A stretch of DNA of 64,000 nt from a virus. The stretch's first letter is position 1. Every line of letters begins with the position of its first letter. Positions 56,706-64,000 of this stretch are shown here, one piece after another. A program made the translations under genes and the position numbers. The DNA lies in IMG/VR virus record IMGVR_UViG_3300046787_000316, positions 1 through 64,000 of that record. One strand, written 5' to 3'. The notes under the pieces are model-generated. The model saw only the letters and a list, made by a program, of their open reading frames with translations. It ran no database searches and was not told the DNA's origin.

Positions 56706-57122
56706 TTACTTTATATCATTTTTAACTTTTTCGATTGCCTTATTGGTGATAGAAGTATCACTCCAAGCTTTCAAAAATATATCCTTTAATCCTTTTTCTA
56801 TTTCAGTATCGGATACCTTACCATCGTATGAATCAACTACTTTTTTAATTTGAGTTTGAACGATTGGCAATTTAACCATTTTTTTAGCAGTAGTATCATC
56901 GATACCTTTTTTTACATCAATCATATTTGAAACATCATTGATGAATTTTTTATCATCCGATAAGGTATCTAATATATTCTTAACGGCTTCGGTTGAATCC
57001 TTTCCACCATTAAAATATCGATATCCTCGTTCTGCTAACTCAACTATCCAATAAAAGATAATCTTACCTATAAGTATTGTTCCCAATGTGGTTAATATAC
57101 CTACGGCAAGATTCTCATCTAC
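56706..57122 (-). CDS. -1 frame extension of the 57119..57424 gene (N-terminal hydrophobic helix)
   Basis: Frame is open from GTA at 57122 (VDENLAVGILTTLGTILIGKIIFYW...); the only candidate start is TTG 57086. Confidence 0.7.
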   Translation of the reverse strand, partial: VDENLAVGILTTLGTILIGKIIFYWIVELAERGYRYFNGGKDSTEAVKNILDTLSDDKKFINDVSNMIDVKKGIDDTTAKKMVKLPIVQTQIKKVVDSYDGKVSDTEIEKGLKDIFLKAWSDTSITNKAIEKVKNDIK

Positions 57123-57424
57123 TTTTTTTTTTTACTTTCGTCTTTTCTTAACTTAGCTAAATCCGAACCTTCAATCTCACCATCTTTATCAACATCTAAT
57201 TTCTTTTGTCCTGCTGATAATTCTGCTTCATTATATCCTCGTAATTTACCTTCGTTTTTAGCTTGAAATGCTTTATCAACTGCATTAAAGAATTTTTTCT
57301 TATCATCATCAGACATATCTACGATTGATTTACCATGTCTATTCAACATAGTTTTGAACAATTGTTGATAATCTTCTTCTTCTTTAATTACTTGCTTTAC
57401 AAACTCTCTTAGTTGACTTTTCAT
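57119..57424 (-). CDS. Putative internal head protein with an EF-hand-like loop, ending in a slippery A11G-TAG
   Basis: MKSQLREFVKQVIKE...; DVDKDGEIEGSD loop at 57161-57196. Confidence 0.75.
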   Translation of the reverse strand: MKSQLREFVKQVIKEEEDYQQLFKTMLNRHGKSIVDMSDDDKKKFFNAVDKAFQAKNEGKLRGYNEAELSAGQKKLDVDKDGEIEGSDLAKLRKDESKKKK

Positions 57425-57444
57425 TATTATAGTATGTTATATAA

Positions 57445-57453
57445 TATAAATAT
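57445..57453 (-). promoter_or_regulatory. Late promoter motif ATATTTATA
   Basis: Exact motif about 21 nt upstream of ATG 57424. Confidence 0.7.
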
Positions 57454-57455
57454 AG

Positions 57456-57998
57456 TTATTTTTTAAATTCACTAACTACTGAATAACCAGTCAAGTCAGC
57501 TTGCCTTTTACCTTTTGATTTTTCACTTTCAGGTTTACCAAATGCAAATGGAGTATTATATTCACCAGCAGCTCCGCTAGTATTCATCTCATCCACATCA
57601 GCTTTCAATTCAACATCTTTATACATACCACTCACCTTCGCCTCTAATTCATCTGCGAATTTCTTTTTAAGAGTTTGTAGTTGTTTTAAACGTTCAACGG
57701 CTTTCTTTTCGTTTGGAGTTCCTTTTGATTTTTTATACAATTCCAAAGTTTGTGCAATTGCATCAACGGTTTTCATATAATCGGTTTGAATGGATTTAAC
57801 TCCTCTCAATTCGTTTATCACCATTTCTTTTACGTGGTCTGGCAATCCTTTATGTTTGGTAGATGCAAAATCCTTAGCGGCTTTATCATCCATATCTTTT
57901 GATACTTTGGCAACTTCCGGTGATGCAGGAGTTTCACCTTTATCAGCGGCATGTACCATACCCATAAATCTTTGTTGTGCTTTTGATTGTGCTGGCAT
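57456..57998 (-). CDS. DUF3008-like N-terminal domain protein, putative head cargo
   Basis: MPAQSKAQQRFMG...KDFASTKHKGLP. Confidence 0.7.
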   Translation of the reverse strand: MPAQSKAQQRFMGMVHAADKGETPASPEVAKVSKDMDDKAAKDFASTKHKGLPDHVKEMVINELRGVKSIQTDYMKTVDAIAQTLELYKKSKGTPNEKKAVERLKQLQTLKKKFADELEAKVSGMYKDVELKADVDEMNTSGAAGEYNTPFAFGKPESEKSKGKRQADLTGYSVVSEFKK

Positions 57999-58008
57999 CG
58001 TTATAGTT

Positions 58009-58254
58009 TTATGCTAATACATAAACTGAACCACCATTGGTTACAGTTACATTTTGTACATAACAAGGAAAAGGTTGACCCGCTGTCAAATGTTCCAATG
58101 CGATTGTAGGATGTACTGTACTACCAGTTCCAAATCCTTCCAATGTAATAGTACCGGTAACACCACTTACAGGCAATACACCCCAAGCTCTGTCAACTAA
58201 GGCAGTTGAACCAGATGTTACTAATTTTGCGTTAAATGTTCTATAATTTACCAT
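58009..58254 (-). CDS. Hypothetical protein (head module)
   Basis: 81-aa ORF in operon context. Confidence 0.7.
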   Translation of the reverse strand: MVNYRTFNAKLVTSGSTALVDRAWGVLPVSGVTGTITLEGFGTGSTVHPTIALEHLTAGQPFPCYVQNVTVTNGGSVYVLA

Positions 58255-58257
58255 TTT

Positions 58258-59133
58258 TTATTTTTTTATCGATTGTTTTAATTCGTTTAATAACTCATAA
58301 GTCATCATTAATGCTGAAAGGTGTTGTTCTTTAATCTTTTTTACAGATTTTACCTTCTTAACATTTGCAATCGTTTCTGCTAATTTAATTTTAGTTACCT
58401 TATCCGAAATTTGAGAACCTACCTCTTTTAAGTTTGCTATTAATGTATTAACTTCGGCGATAACGTAATCGTTTAATTTACCAGTGTTGTTAATATTGTT
58501 AATATATTCTCTTAATAAAGATTTTTGTTCGGTTGTTAAGTTCTTATACTTTGTATTAAAACTTTCAATTAATAGTTTGTAAGATACTGCTCTTAAATCT
58601 TCATCTTGCTTTCTATATTCTTCTAAAACTGCATCTTTTAATTTAGAATCTTTGTTCTGAATTGATGAGTTAATAATATTTTCTGCAATAGTGAAACGTG
58701 AGTTAACAATATCGGTTGGTTCAAATTGCTCATCTATCGTTACAACCTCAAATATTTTGTAGATTGATGCAAGAGTTTTATAATTTGAAATAGGAGATTT
58801 AATAAACTCATCTAAATTGTAAGTATCTTTAATCTCTTTTATAAGATTATACTTCTCTTTTGTAAGTTTTTTCTCGTCTAATCTTTTACGAGCTTCGCAA
58901 ATAGTATCGATAAATTTCTCAGCTTTTGCTTCTGAATTGTATTTCTCATTAATAAGATATTGATACAACTTTAATTCTTTCGATAATTCTTTTTTAGAAT
59001 TGAAATGCTCTTTTAAAATCTTTTCAGCCGTTGACTTATCAGCAGACATGATTTCAGATGTAATTTGTCTTACTAATAGTTCAAATATAAATCCCGTATT
59101 TTTAAACTTCGAATGTTTTATTTTTTTCATCAA
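58258..59133 (-). CDS. Hypothetical helical protein adjacent to the portal gene
   Basis: 291 aa, KIKHSKFKNTG.IFELLVRQ N-terminus; late motif upstream. Confidence 0.75.
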   Translation of the reverse strand: MMKKIKHSKFKNTGFIFELLVRQITSEIMSADKSTAEKILKEHFNSKKELSKELKLYQYLINEKYNSEAKAEKFIDTICEARKRLDEKKLTKEKYNLIKEIKDTYNLDEFIKSPISNYKTLASIYKIFEVVTIDEQFEPTDIVNSRFTIAENIINSSIQNKDSKLKDAVLEEYRKQDEDLRAVSYKLLIESFNTKYKNLTTEQKSLLREYINNINNTGKLNDYVIAEVNTLIANLKEVGSQISDKVTKIKLAETIANVKKVKSVKKIKEQHLSALMMTYELLNELKQSIKK

Positions 59134-59150
59134 TTGTGTAATTTGTCAGA

Positions 59151-59159
59151 TATAAATAT
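59151..59159 (-). promoter_or_regulatory. Late promoter motif ATATTTATA
   Basis: Exact motif about 18 nt upstream of ATG 59133. Confidence 0.7.
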
Positions 59160-59176
59160 GTTTTATTATTGGATTA

Positions 59177-60928
59177 TTACTCTTTATCCAAATCTTCTGT
59201 TAAAATCCTTGTTTTATTACCTTTCATATCCTTAAATATTTCTTGATAATTGTTTCTTGGCTTATATTTTACAGAACCTTCTCTTTGTTTTAGAGTTTTA
59301 ATCCCCAATGGGTCACGCCCTTCCGGATGGTCATCTTTTCCATATCTAACCGGGTCTTTTGGTCTACCAACACCATCTTCTTCTAATTCGGATTTTAATC
59401 TATCCAATTCCTCTTCAACATTAGTCGGTCCTCCATCTACTCCCGTTTCTTTCGCCGGGTCTACACCTTGCGTTTCTATCGATGTTAATCTAAATGCTTG
59501 TTTGGTATCATCCAATACTTGCAATGTTAATTCATCTTGCTCATCTTTAGTCATCTTCATTACTGCTTCATACATCCATTCTTTGGAGAACATTTTAGTC
59601 GCTTGCATTTGTTGAATTAATCCTACCTTTGCAGTATATAATTCTACTTGCTCTTGCTCATAAATTTTCGATGGTATTGTAAGTTCAATTGAGAATTCCG
59701 TTAAACGGTCATCTTCAATCCCTTGTGCATATAAGTGAACAATTGCTATTTTGGTTAATTCTGAAATTAATACTCTCTGAACTCTCTCAATAGTCTTAGC
59801 GAATCGGATATCCATAGCTGCTAATGTAGCTTTACCATTTGTATCTTCTTCATACCCTAAATATGCTTTTGGAATTTTCAATGCCGCCATCAATTTACCT
59901 TTTAAGTAATTGATATCACCGGTCATATCGTATTCCATACCTTTTAATGTATCGATAGATGTCCCATTATCATTACCACGAACTGGCATATAGTAATCTT
60001 CGATTAGGTTTTGCATATTGTATTTCAAATTATACTCACCCGATTTTTCATCTATAAAAGGAACTTTCTTAGATGAATTGATAATTTTTTGCATGTAATT
60101 ATCAACTTCATTAGGTGGAATATTACCAACATCGATTTTAAAGATTCTCTTTTCAGGAGCTCTCATTACTCTGTGGATTAACATCGCATCTTCTAACAAC
60201 ATTAATTGTTTCCAAACTCTTCTACCACCTTCAATCATAGATTTTCCGTAAGGTAAGAAGTTTGAATCTGAATTTAAACGGAAGTGAGCTATTTCATAGT
60301 TTTCAAATTCCTTTTTATTTGTTTGAGGCGAACCACCATAAGGATTCATATATGGTGCGTAAATAAATTTAACTCTTTGTGGGTTTTCCGGGTCAAACCC
60401 TTCCACTCTACTCATTTCATAAGTAGATAATGGTAAAACGTTTACAATACCCAATCCTTCTGCCATTTCTAATTGTAAAAAGAAATCTCCGTATTTAACT
60501 AAGTTTCTTGTCCAAGGCCAAAGGTTAAATTCTACATTAAGAATATCGTAGAATAAGTTTTCTAAAATTTGTTTGATATTATCATCTGGGTGATGGATTT
60601 TAAGAACCGTACCCATTTCATTTCTTGCAGTACATTCATCGGCATAAACATCCAATGCGGATGCCATAATCGGGTCCATGTCCATTGAATCGTAATCTCT
60701 GAATAAATCTATACGAACTTGTTGGTATGCCATCGATGATTCAATACCACTATTTCCACCATATCCAAAATTACTTACTTTTAATCTTGCATATCTGTCT
60801 ATAAGATTGGTGGTCATATTTTGATACTCATCCGTATCGATTACCTTTACACCATTCTGTGTTTGTCTAACTATTGTGTTCGTTGAAAATAATTTCTGTA
60901 ACCTACCGAATACTGTTTTATCTGCCAT
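59177..60928 (-). CDS. Portal protein (T4 gp20-like)
   Basis: LEDAMLIHRVMRAPEKRIFKIDVGN.P, EDYYMP, IDTL.G, ALKIP. Confidence 0.96.
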   Translation of the reverse strand: MADKTVFGRLQKLFSTNTIVRQTQNGVKVIDTDEYQNMTTNLIDRYARLKVSNFGYGGNSGIESSMAYQQVRIDLFRDYDSMDMDPIMASALDVYADECTARNEMGTVLKIHHPDDNIKQILENLFYDILNVEFNLWPWTRNLVKYGDFFLQLEMAEGLGIVNVLPLSTYEMSRVEGFDPENPQRVKFIYAPYMNPYGGSPQTNKKEFENYEIAHFRLNSDSNFLPYGKSMIEGGRRVWKQLMLLEDAMLIHRVMRAPEKRIFKIDVGNIPPNEVDNYMQKIINSSKKVPFIDEKSGEYNLKYNMQNLIEDYYMPVRGNDNGTSIDTLKGMEYDMTGDINYLKGKLMAALKIPKAYLGYEEDTNGKATLAAMDIRFAKTIERVQRVLISELTKIAIVHLYAQGIEDDRLTEFSIELTIPSKIYEQEQVELYTAKVGLIQQMQATKMFSKEWMYEAVMKMTKDEQDELTLQVLDDTKQAFRLTSIETQGVDPAKETGVDGGPTNVEEELDRLKSELEEDGVGRPKDPVRYGKDDHPEGRDPLGIKTLKQREGSVKYKPRNNYQEIFKDMKGNKTRILTEDLDKE

Positions 60929-60948
60929 TTTAATTTATATATAATTTA

Positions 60949-60980
60949 TAAAGATAAGTAAAATTTTTTACATTTCCAAA
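60949..60980 (-). promoter_or_regulatory. Variant host-type promoter upstream of the portal gene (TTTG-N20-TATCTTTA)
   Basis: Same 20-nt spacing as the other promoters; variant -7 element. Confidence 0.5.
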
Positions 60981-60982
60981 TT

Positions 60983-61486
60983 TTACCATTTCCTACAAGA
61001 CCAGTATCTTGCTTTGTGTCTTGGACCTGGTTGGTCGCAATTATGTCTTGCTCTGAAACTTCTTCGTCTATCTGGGTTATTCTTTTTAATCTTAACTCCC
61101 TTTTGACCGAAGTTTACTTTTACAACATTACCCGATGGATTTTTTACATATACTTTGAACTTCTTAACATCGCCAGCCATTGGTTTGCCTAATTGGACAT
61201 TTCTACCTTGATATTCAGCTTCCTTTAAACATGCACATCCCTCGTTTAATGATTTATCATATCCTCGGATGAATGCGATGAAATCTTCCATATCTTCATC
61301 TTCGACATCATATTCTTCCGGCTCAACTAAACCATAATTTACATCATCATCCGAATCAATATCTTCTTTTACAGGTACACAATTAGGAACTTCTCTGCCA
61401 TCCTTATTTTTCATACCAATTTGTTGGTATCCTTTCCAACAAGGATTCTCATCTTCTTTTAATGGAATAAGATTTATTAGTTTCAT
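60983..61486 (-). CDS. Putative internal head protein (PCWKGY..VPNCVP module + basic Cys/His C-terminal module)
   Basis: MKLINLIPLKE leader; VKVNFG...RRRSFRARHNC...ARYWSC. Confidence 0.65.
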   Translation of the reverse strand: MKLINLIPLKEDENPCWKGYQQIGMKNKDGREVPNCVPVKEDIDSDDDVNYGLVEPEEYDVEDEDMEDFIAFIRGYDKSLNEGCACLKEAEYQGRNVQLGKPMAGDVKKFKVYVKNPSGNVVKVNFGQKGVKIKKNNPDRRRSFRARHNCDQPGPRHKARYWSCRKW

Positions 61487-61511
61487 TTTAATTTAATTTG
61501 TAGTTTCAACT

Positions 61512-61520
61512 TATAAATAT
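61512..61520 (-). promoter_or_regulatory. Late promoter motif ATATTTATA
   Basis: Exact motif about 26 nt upstream of ATG 61486. Confidence 0.7.
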
Positions 61521-61527
61521 ATAAAAA

Positions 61528-63135
61528 TTATTGAAGTAACCAAGTTAAGTTCTCAACTTCACCCTTACCTACCTCCATTTCGTATGGATTTCTGGAAAGA
61601 TATCCCGTTGATACAAATCCATCGTATTTATTTACTTGTGATGCGTTTAACATACTCTTAGTTAAATCAATTCCTTCTTGTCTTAATCTAAGTGCGGTAT
61701 TACGAACCCATAATCCAATAGCCAATGCCATCGTAAGGTCATCATTATATCCCTTCATAGCTTCAGCTCTACCACCACTCCAAATAAATGTAAACAATTC
61801 ATCTATTAATCGTTGTGAACGGATTATAATATCTTTATCATTCATATATGTATCCAATGCTGAAATAATAAGAGGACGGGTTTTAGATGTAGTGGAGAAT
61901 CCTGCAACCATTTGCTTTTCATCTCTGTAATACTTACTACTCATTTGTCTTTCAACATCGATATATTTTAAATCATTACTCATATAGAATAAGTTTGCAT
62001 AATTTCTATCAATTACTTGTTGAATACAAGCCCAACCTACGTTTGAGTTCTCAATTACTAAAAGTGCGTTATTATATTCAGTTGCCAATGCCGTTAAGAA
62101 ATTTCCAAAATCTTTAGTATCGATTTTACCTTTATATTCGGCAACTTGCGATGAATCCTCAATATCAATTACTTGGGCAGTGGAATAATCGGCTCCATCT
62201 CCCCTCGCAACGTCTGCGGATATCATATATTGTCTATTGTAGTTAGGATGTTCCCATACCCATAGATTGCCATCGAATCCTCTTTTTTCAACCGGGTCCA
62301 TTACATAGGTATCTTTATACCAAGTTAGTAATGCCGGGTCCATTACGGTATCTCCCGAACCAATAAAGTCACAATCACATTCCTGCGCTGCTCCTTTAAC
62401 TCCTAAGATACGAGTTTGTTCATCTCTCCATTTTTGGTCACGTTCAGGGTGAACAGTCCAGTGTAAATTAATACAATTGAATCCGTTTTGACCGGCTTCA
62501 CCTGCTACCCAAGTTTTATGAAAGAAGTTACCCACACCATTTGGTGTAGAAAGAATAATTGCCGAACCCCCAGTTGATAATGTAGATTGTGCTGATAACC
62601 AAATCTCATCAATATCTCTAATAAATGCTGCCTCATCCACTACCAACAATGATAATGCTTCCGAACGTCCTGCATCCGGAGATGATGCGATTGCTTTTAC
62701 TTGAGAACCATTTTTTAATTTAAGTGATAATTTGTTATCTTCTGCCGCTGCTGTACCACCATCTCTTAACCATACGGGTAAGAAATCGTGCATAACTCTA
62801 ACCTTTTCTACGAGGTTTTTAGCTACGGTTACTTTGGTTGCAATAACCAATGCGTTAAAATCTTCGTTGAAAATCATTTTCCAAAGAATAAATCCCGCCG
62901 ATAAGGTTGATAAACCTAATTGTCGAGATTTAAGAATGATATTAAATCGATTGTTTTTGAAGTCCGTTAAACAATCTTCCTGGAAAGGATAAAGGTGAAA
63001 GGGGATTTTCCCTCTCACCGGATGTTGAATAACACAATACTTTTTCATAAAGTAAATGGGGTCTAATGCACATTTACGATACTCTTCAGCGATTATTTCT
63101 TTTAGACTTTTCGTTGGTTTCCCTTGAACTGCCAT
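61528..63135 (-). CDS. terL: Terminase large subunit (T4 gp17-like)
   Basis: LYPFQ, KSRQLGLST, VVDEAAF, STPNG, ISADVARGDGADYS, DDLTMA. Confidence 0.97.
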   Translation of the reverse strand: MAVQGKPTKSLKEIIAEEYRKCALDPIYFMKKYCVIQHPVRGKIPFHLYPFQEDCLTDFKNNRFNIILKSRQLGLSTLSAGFILWKMIFNEDFNALVIATKVTVAKNLVEKVRVMHDFLPVWLRDGGTAAAEDNKLSLKLKNGSQVKAIASSPDAGRSEALSLLVVDEAAFIRDIDEIWLSAQSTLSTGGSAIILSTPNGVGNFFHKTWVAGEAGQNGFNCINLHWTVHPERDQKWRDEQTRILGVKGAAQECDCDFIGSGDTVMDPALLTWYKDTYVMDPVEKRGFDGNLWVWEHPNYNRQYMISADVARGDGADYSTAQVIDIEDSSQVAEYKGKIDTKDFGNFLTALATEYNNALLVIENSNVGWACIQQVIDRNYANLFYMSNDLKYIDVERQMSSKYYRDEKQMVAGFSTTSKTRPLIISALDTYMNDKDIIIRSQRLIDELFTFIWSGGRAEAMKGYNDDLTMALAIGLWVRNTALRLRQEGIDLTKSMLNASQVNKYDGFVSTGYLSRNPYEMEVGKGEVENLTWLLQ

Positions 63136-63136
63136 A

Positions 63137-63778
63137 TTATTTTTTTAGTTTAATCTTCCAATATACACCAGCTCCAATGAATGGTGTAAGTGAACCATTA
63201 GTACCATCGGTTACTTTGTTGGTAACACCAGCTCCTAATTGATAAAGTTTTTCACCCTTAGTTTTGATTATAATACCAGCTCCCATACTTGAGATTACAT
63301 CGGTTTTATTAAATCCACCATTGAATCCCCAATATACTTGAGTTTTAGGTAATTCTTTTACAATTGTAGTTTCTTTAATAGTTCTTTGTTTAACACTTGC
63401 ATTAAAAGTTCTAAATGCTATTTTATTTTGTGTAATAGTATCAGTTACGGCTACAGTTCCTAATGAATCTGGCAATACCAATACATCCTTATAAACATTT
63501 TTAGAATAATAGTTCTGTAAGATAGCGGTTGTATCTACTATTGTAGGGATAACAACTTCTTTAATTGTTTCGTGGTAAATATCTTCACCTTTTTTCGTTA
63601 CCACTTTGGTTTTGATTACATCAATGGTATCTACCGTGTGTTTGATAACTTCGTATTTTTTACCATCAATTCTGATAGTTCTTCCTGGCATATTTCCAAA
63701 TGGATTGAAAAATTCCATTAATACAATTACAATTAATACTGCAATTGCAATATTTTTTAAATTCAAATACTTTTTCAT
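63137..63778 (-). CDS. Membrane-anchored protein with a beta-rich C-terminus (possible lysis/spanin-like)
   Basis: N-terminal TM IAIAVLIVIVL; amphipathic strands VYWGFNGGF...FIGAGVYWKI. Confidence 0.5.
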   Translation of the reverse strand: MKKYLNLKNIAIAVLIVIVLMEFFNPFGNMPGRTIRIDGKKYEVIKHTVDTIDVIKTKVVTKKGEDIYHETIKEVVIPTIVDTTAILQNYYSKNVYKDVLVLPDSLGTVAVTDTITQNKIAFRTFNASVKQRTIKETTIVKELPKTQVYWGFNGGFNKTDVISSMGAGIIIKTKGEKLYQLGAGVTNKVTDGTNGSLTPFIGAGVYWKIKLKK

Positions 63779-63781
63779 AAT

Positions 63782-64000
63782 TTAATTTTTTATAAGTTCT
63801 GGATGATTTAATTCACGTAACTTATTTTCTAATGCCAACTTACGTTCTAACAATGCTTCGATTGCATCATAAGCTCCATCAATATCACTTTGGATATCTG
63901 CTTTTACTTTATCAATATCAATATCCCATTGCCAGTTTTGAGTAGTCCCATCTTCATTTAAAATTTGGATTTGCTGACTCACTCCTTTTAATGCTTCTTC
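63782..64000 (-). CDS. Hypothetical protein (5' end outside window)
   Basis: The frame stays open to position 64000 (EEALKGVSQQ...), so the track's GTG start is probably internal. Confidence 0.7.
   Translation of the reverse strand, partial: EEALKGVSQQIQILNEDGTTQNWQWDIDIDKVKADIQSDIDGAYDAIEALLERKLALENKLRELNHPELIKN

Noticed and set aside
54568-61527. Phage-encoded ribosomal protein bS21, reported near head genes in some Bacteroidota large phages
   Set aside because: No small basic ORF resembling bS21 was found in this module; it may lie elsewhere or be absent.
898-62992. All plus-strand ORFs in the track (e.g. 11127..11432, 41721..42143, 42180..42764, 45875..46384, 53828..54241)
   Set aside because: They are antisense shadows of well-supported minus-strand genes, with no recognisable motifs, promoters or gene packing of their own.
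1-64000. Stop-codon reassignment (TAG or TGA), as in some Bacteroidota phages
   Set aside because: Core genes are full length under the standard code, and reading through TAG at 57119 gives only a few extra codons.
1-64000. tRNA, rRNA, integrase or transposase genes
   Set aside because: Intergenic gaps are short and explained by promoters, terminators or leaders; no cloverleaf or recombinase motifs were seen.

Overview
A 64 kb segment of a large, AT-rich, T4-like myophage genome. Essentially all real genes lie on the minus strand. Eight TTTG-N19/20-TAnnTTT(G/A) promoters point to a Bacteroidota host. Reading in transcription order (high to low coordinate): (1) head/packaging module: terminase large subunit, portal, prohead protease, scaffold, major capsid and several small internal-head-like proteins; (2) neck proteins; (3) a ~13 kb array of seven Ser/Thr/Gly-rich fibre-like genes, a glycosyltransferase and a Hint-LamG protein; (4) sheath, tube, tail chaperone, tape measure and baseplate genes; (5) replication and metabolism genes: PhyH-like dioxygenase, short family-A DNA polymerase, candidate virion nuclease, DUF1599, gp32-like SSB, RecA, 5'-3' exonuclease, GroES, DnaB/gp41 helicase, NrdB, NrdA, thioredoxin; (6) a candidate DNA modification/restriction cluster: two Mom-like proteins, a DUF4338/DruA-like protein, a DUF262-HNH nuclease and a GT-B glycosyltransferase. 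Main observations: the Mom/DUF4338/DUF262-HNH cluster; apparent complete avoidance of GATC; a textbook -1 frameshift cassette (A_AAA_AAG, stop, stem-loop) in a head-region gene; a +1/-2 recoding site (U7) in the tail chaperone gene; a BIL-type Hint domain fused to a lectin; and a late promoter (ATATTTATA) one base from the host -7 element. No tRNA, rRNA, CRISPR array or transposase was seen. All family assignments come from motif recognition by eye; no searches were run.
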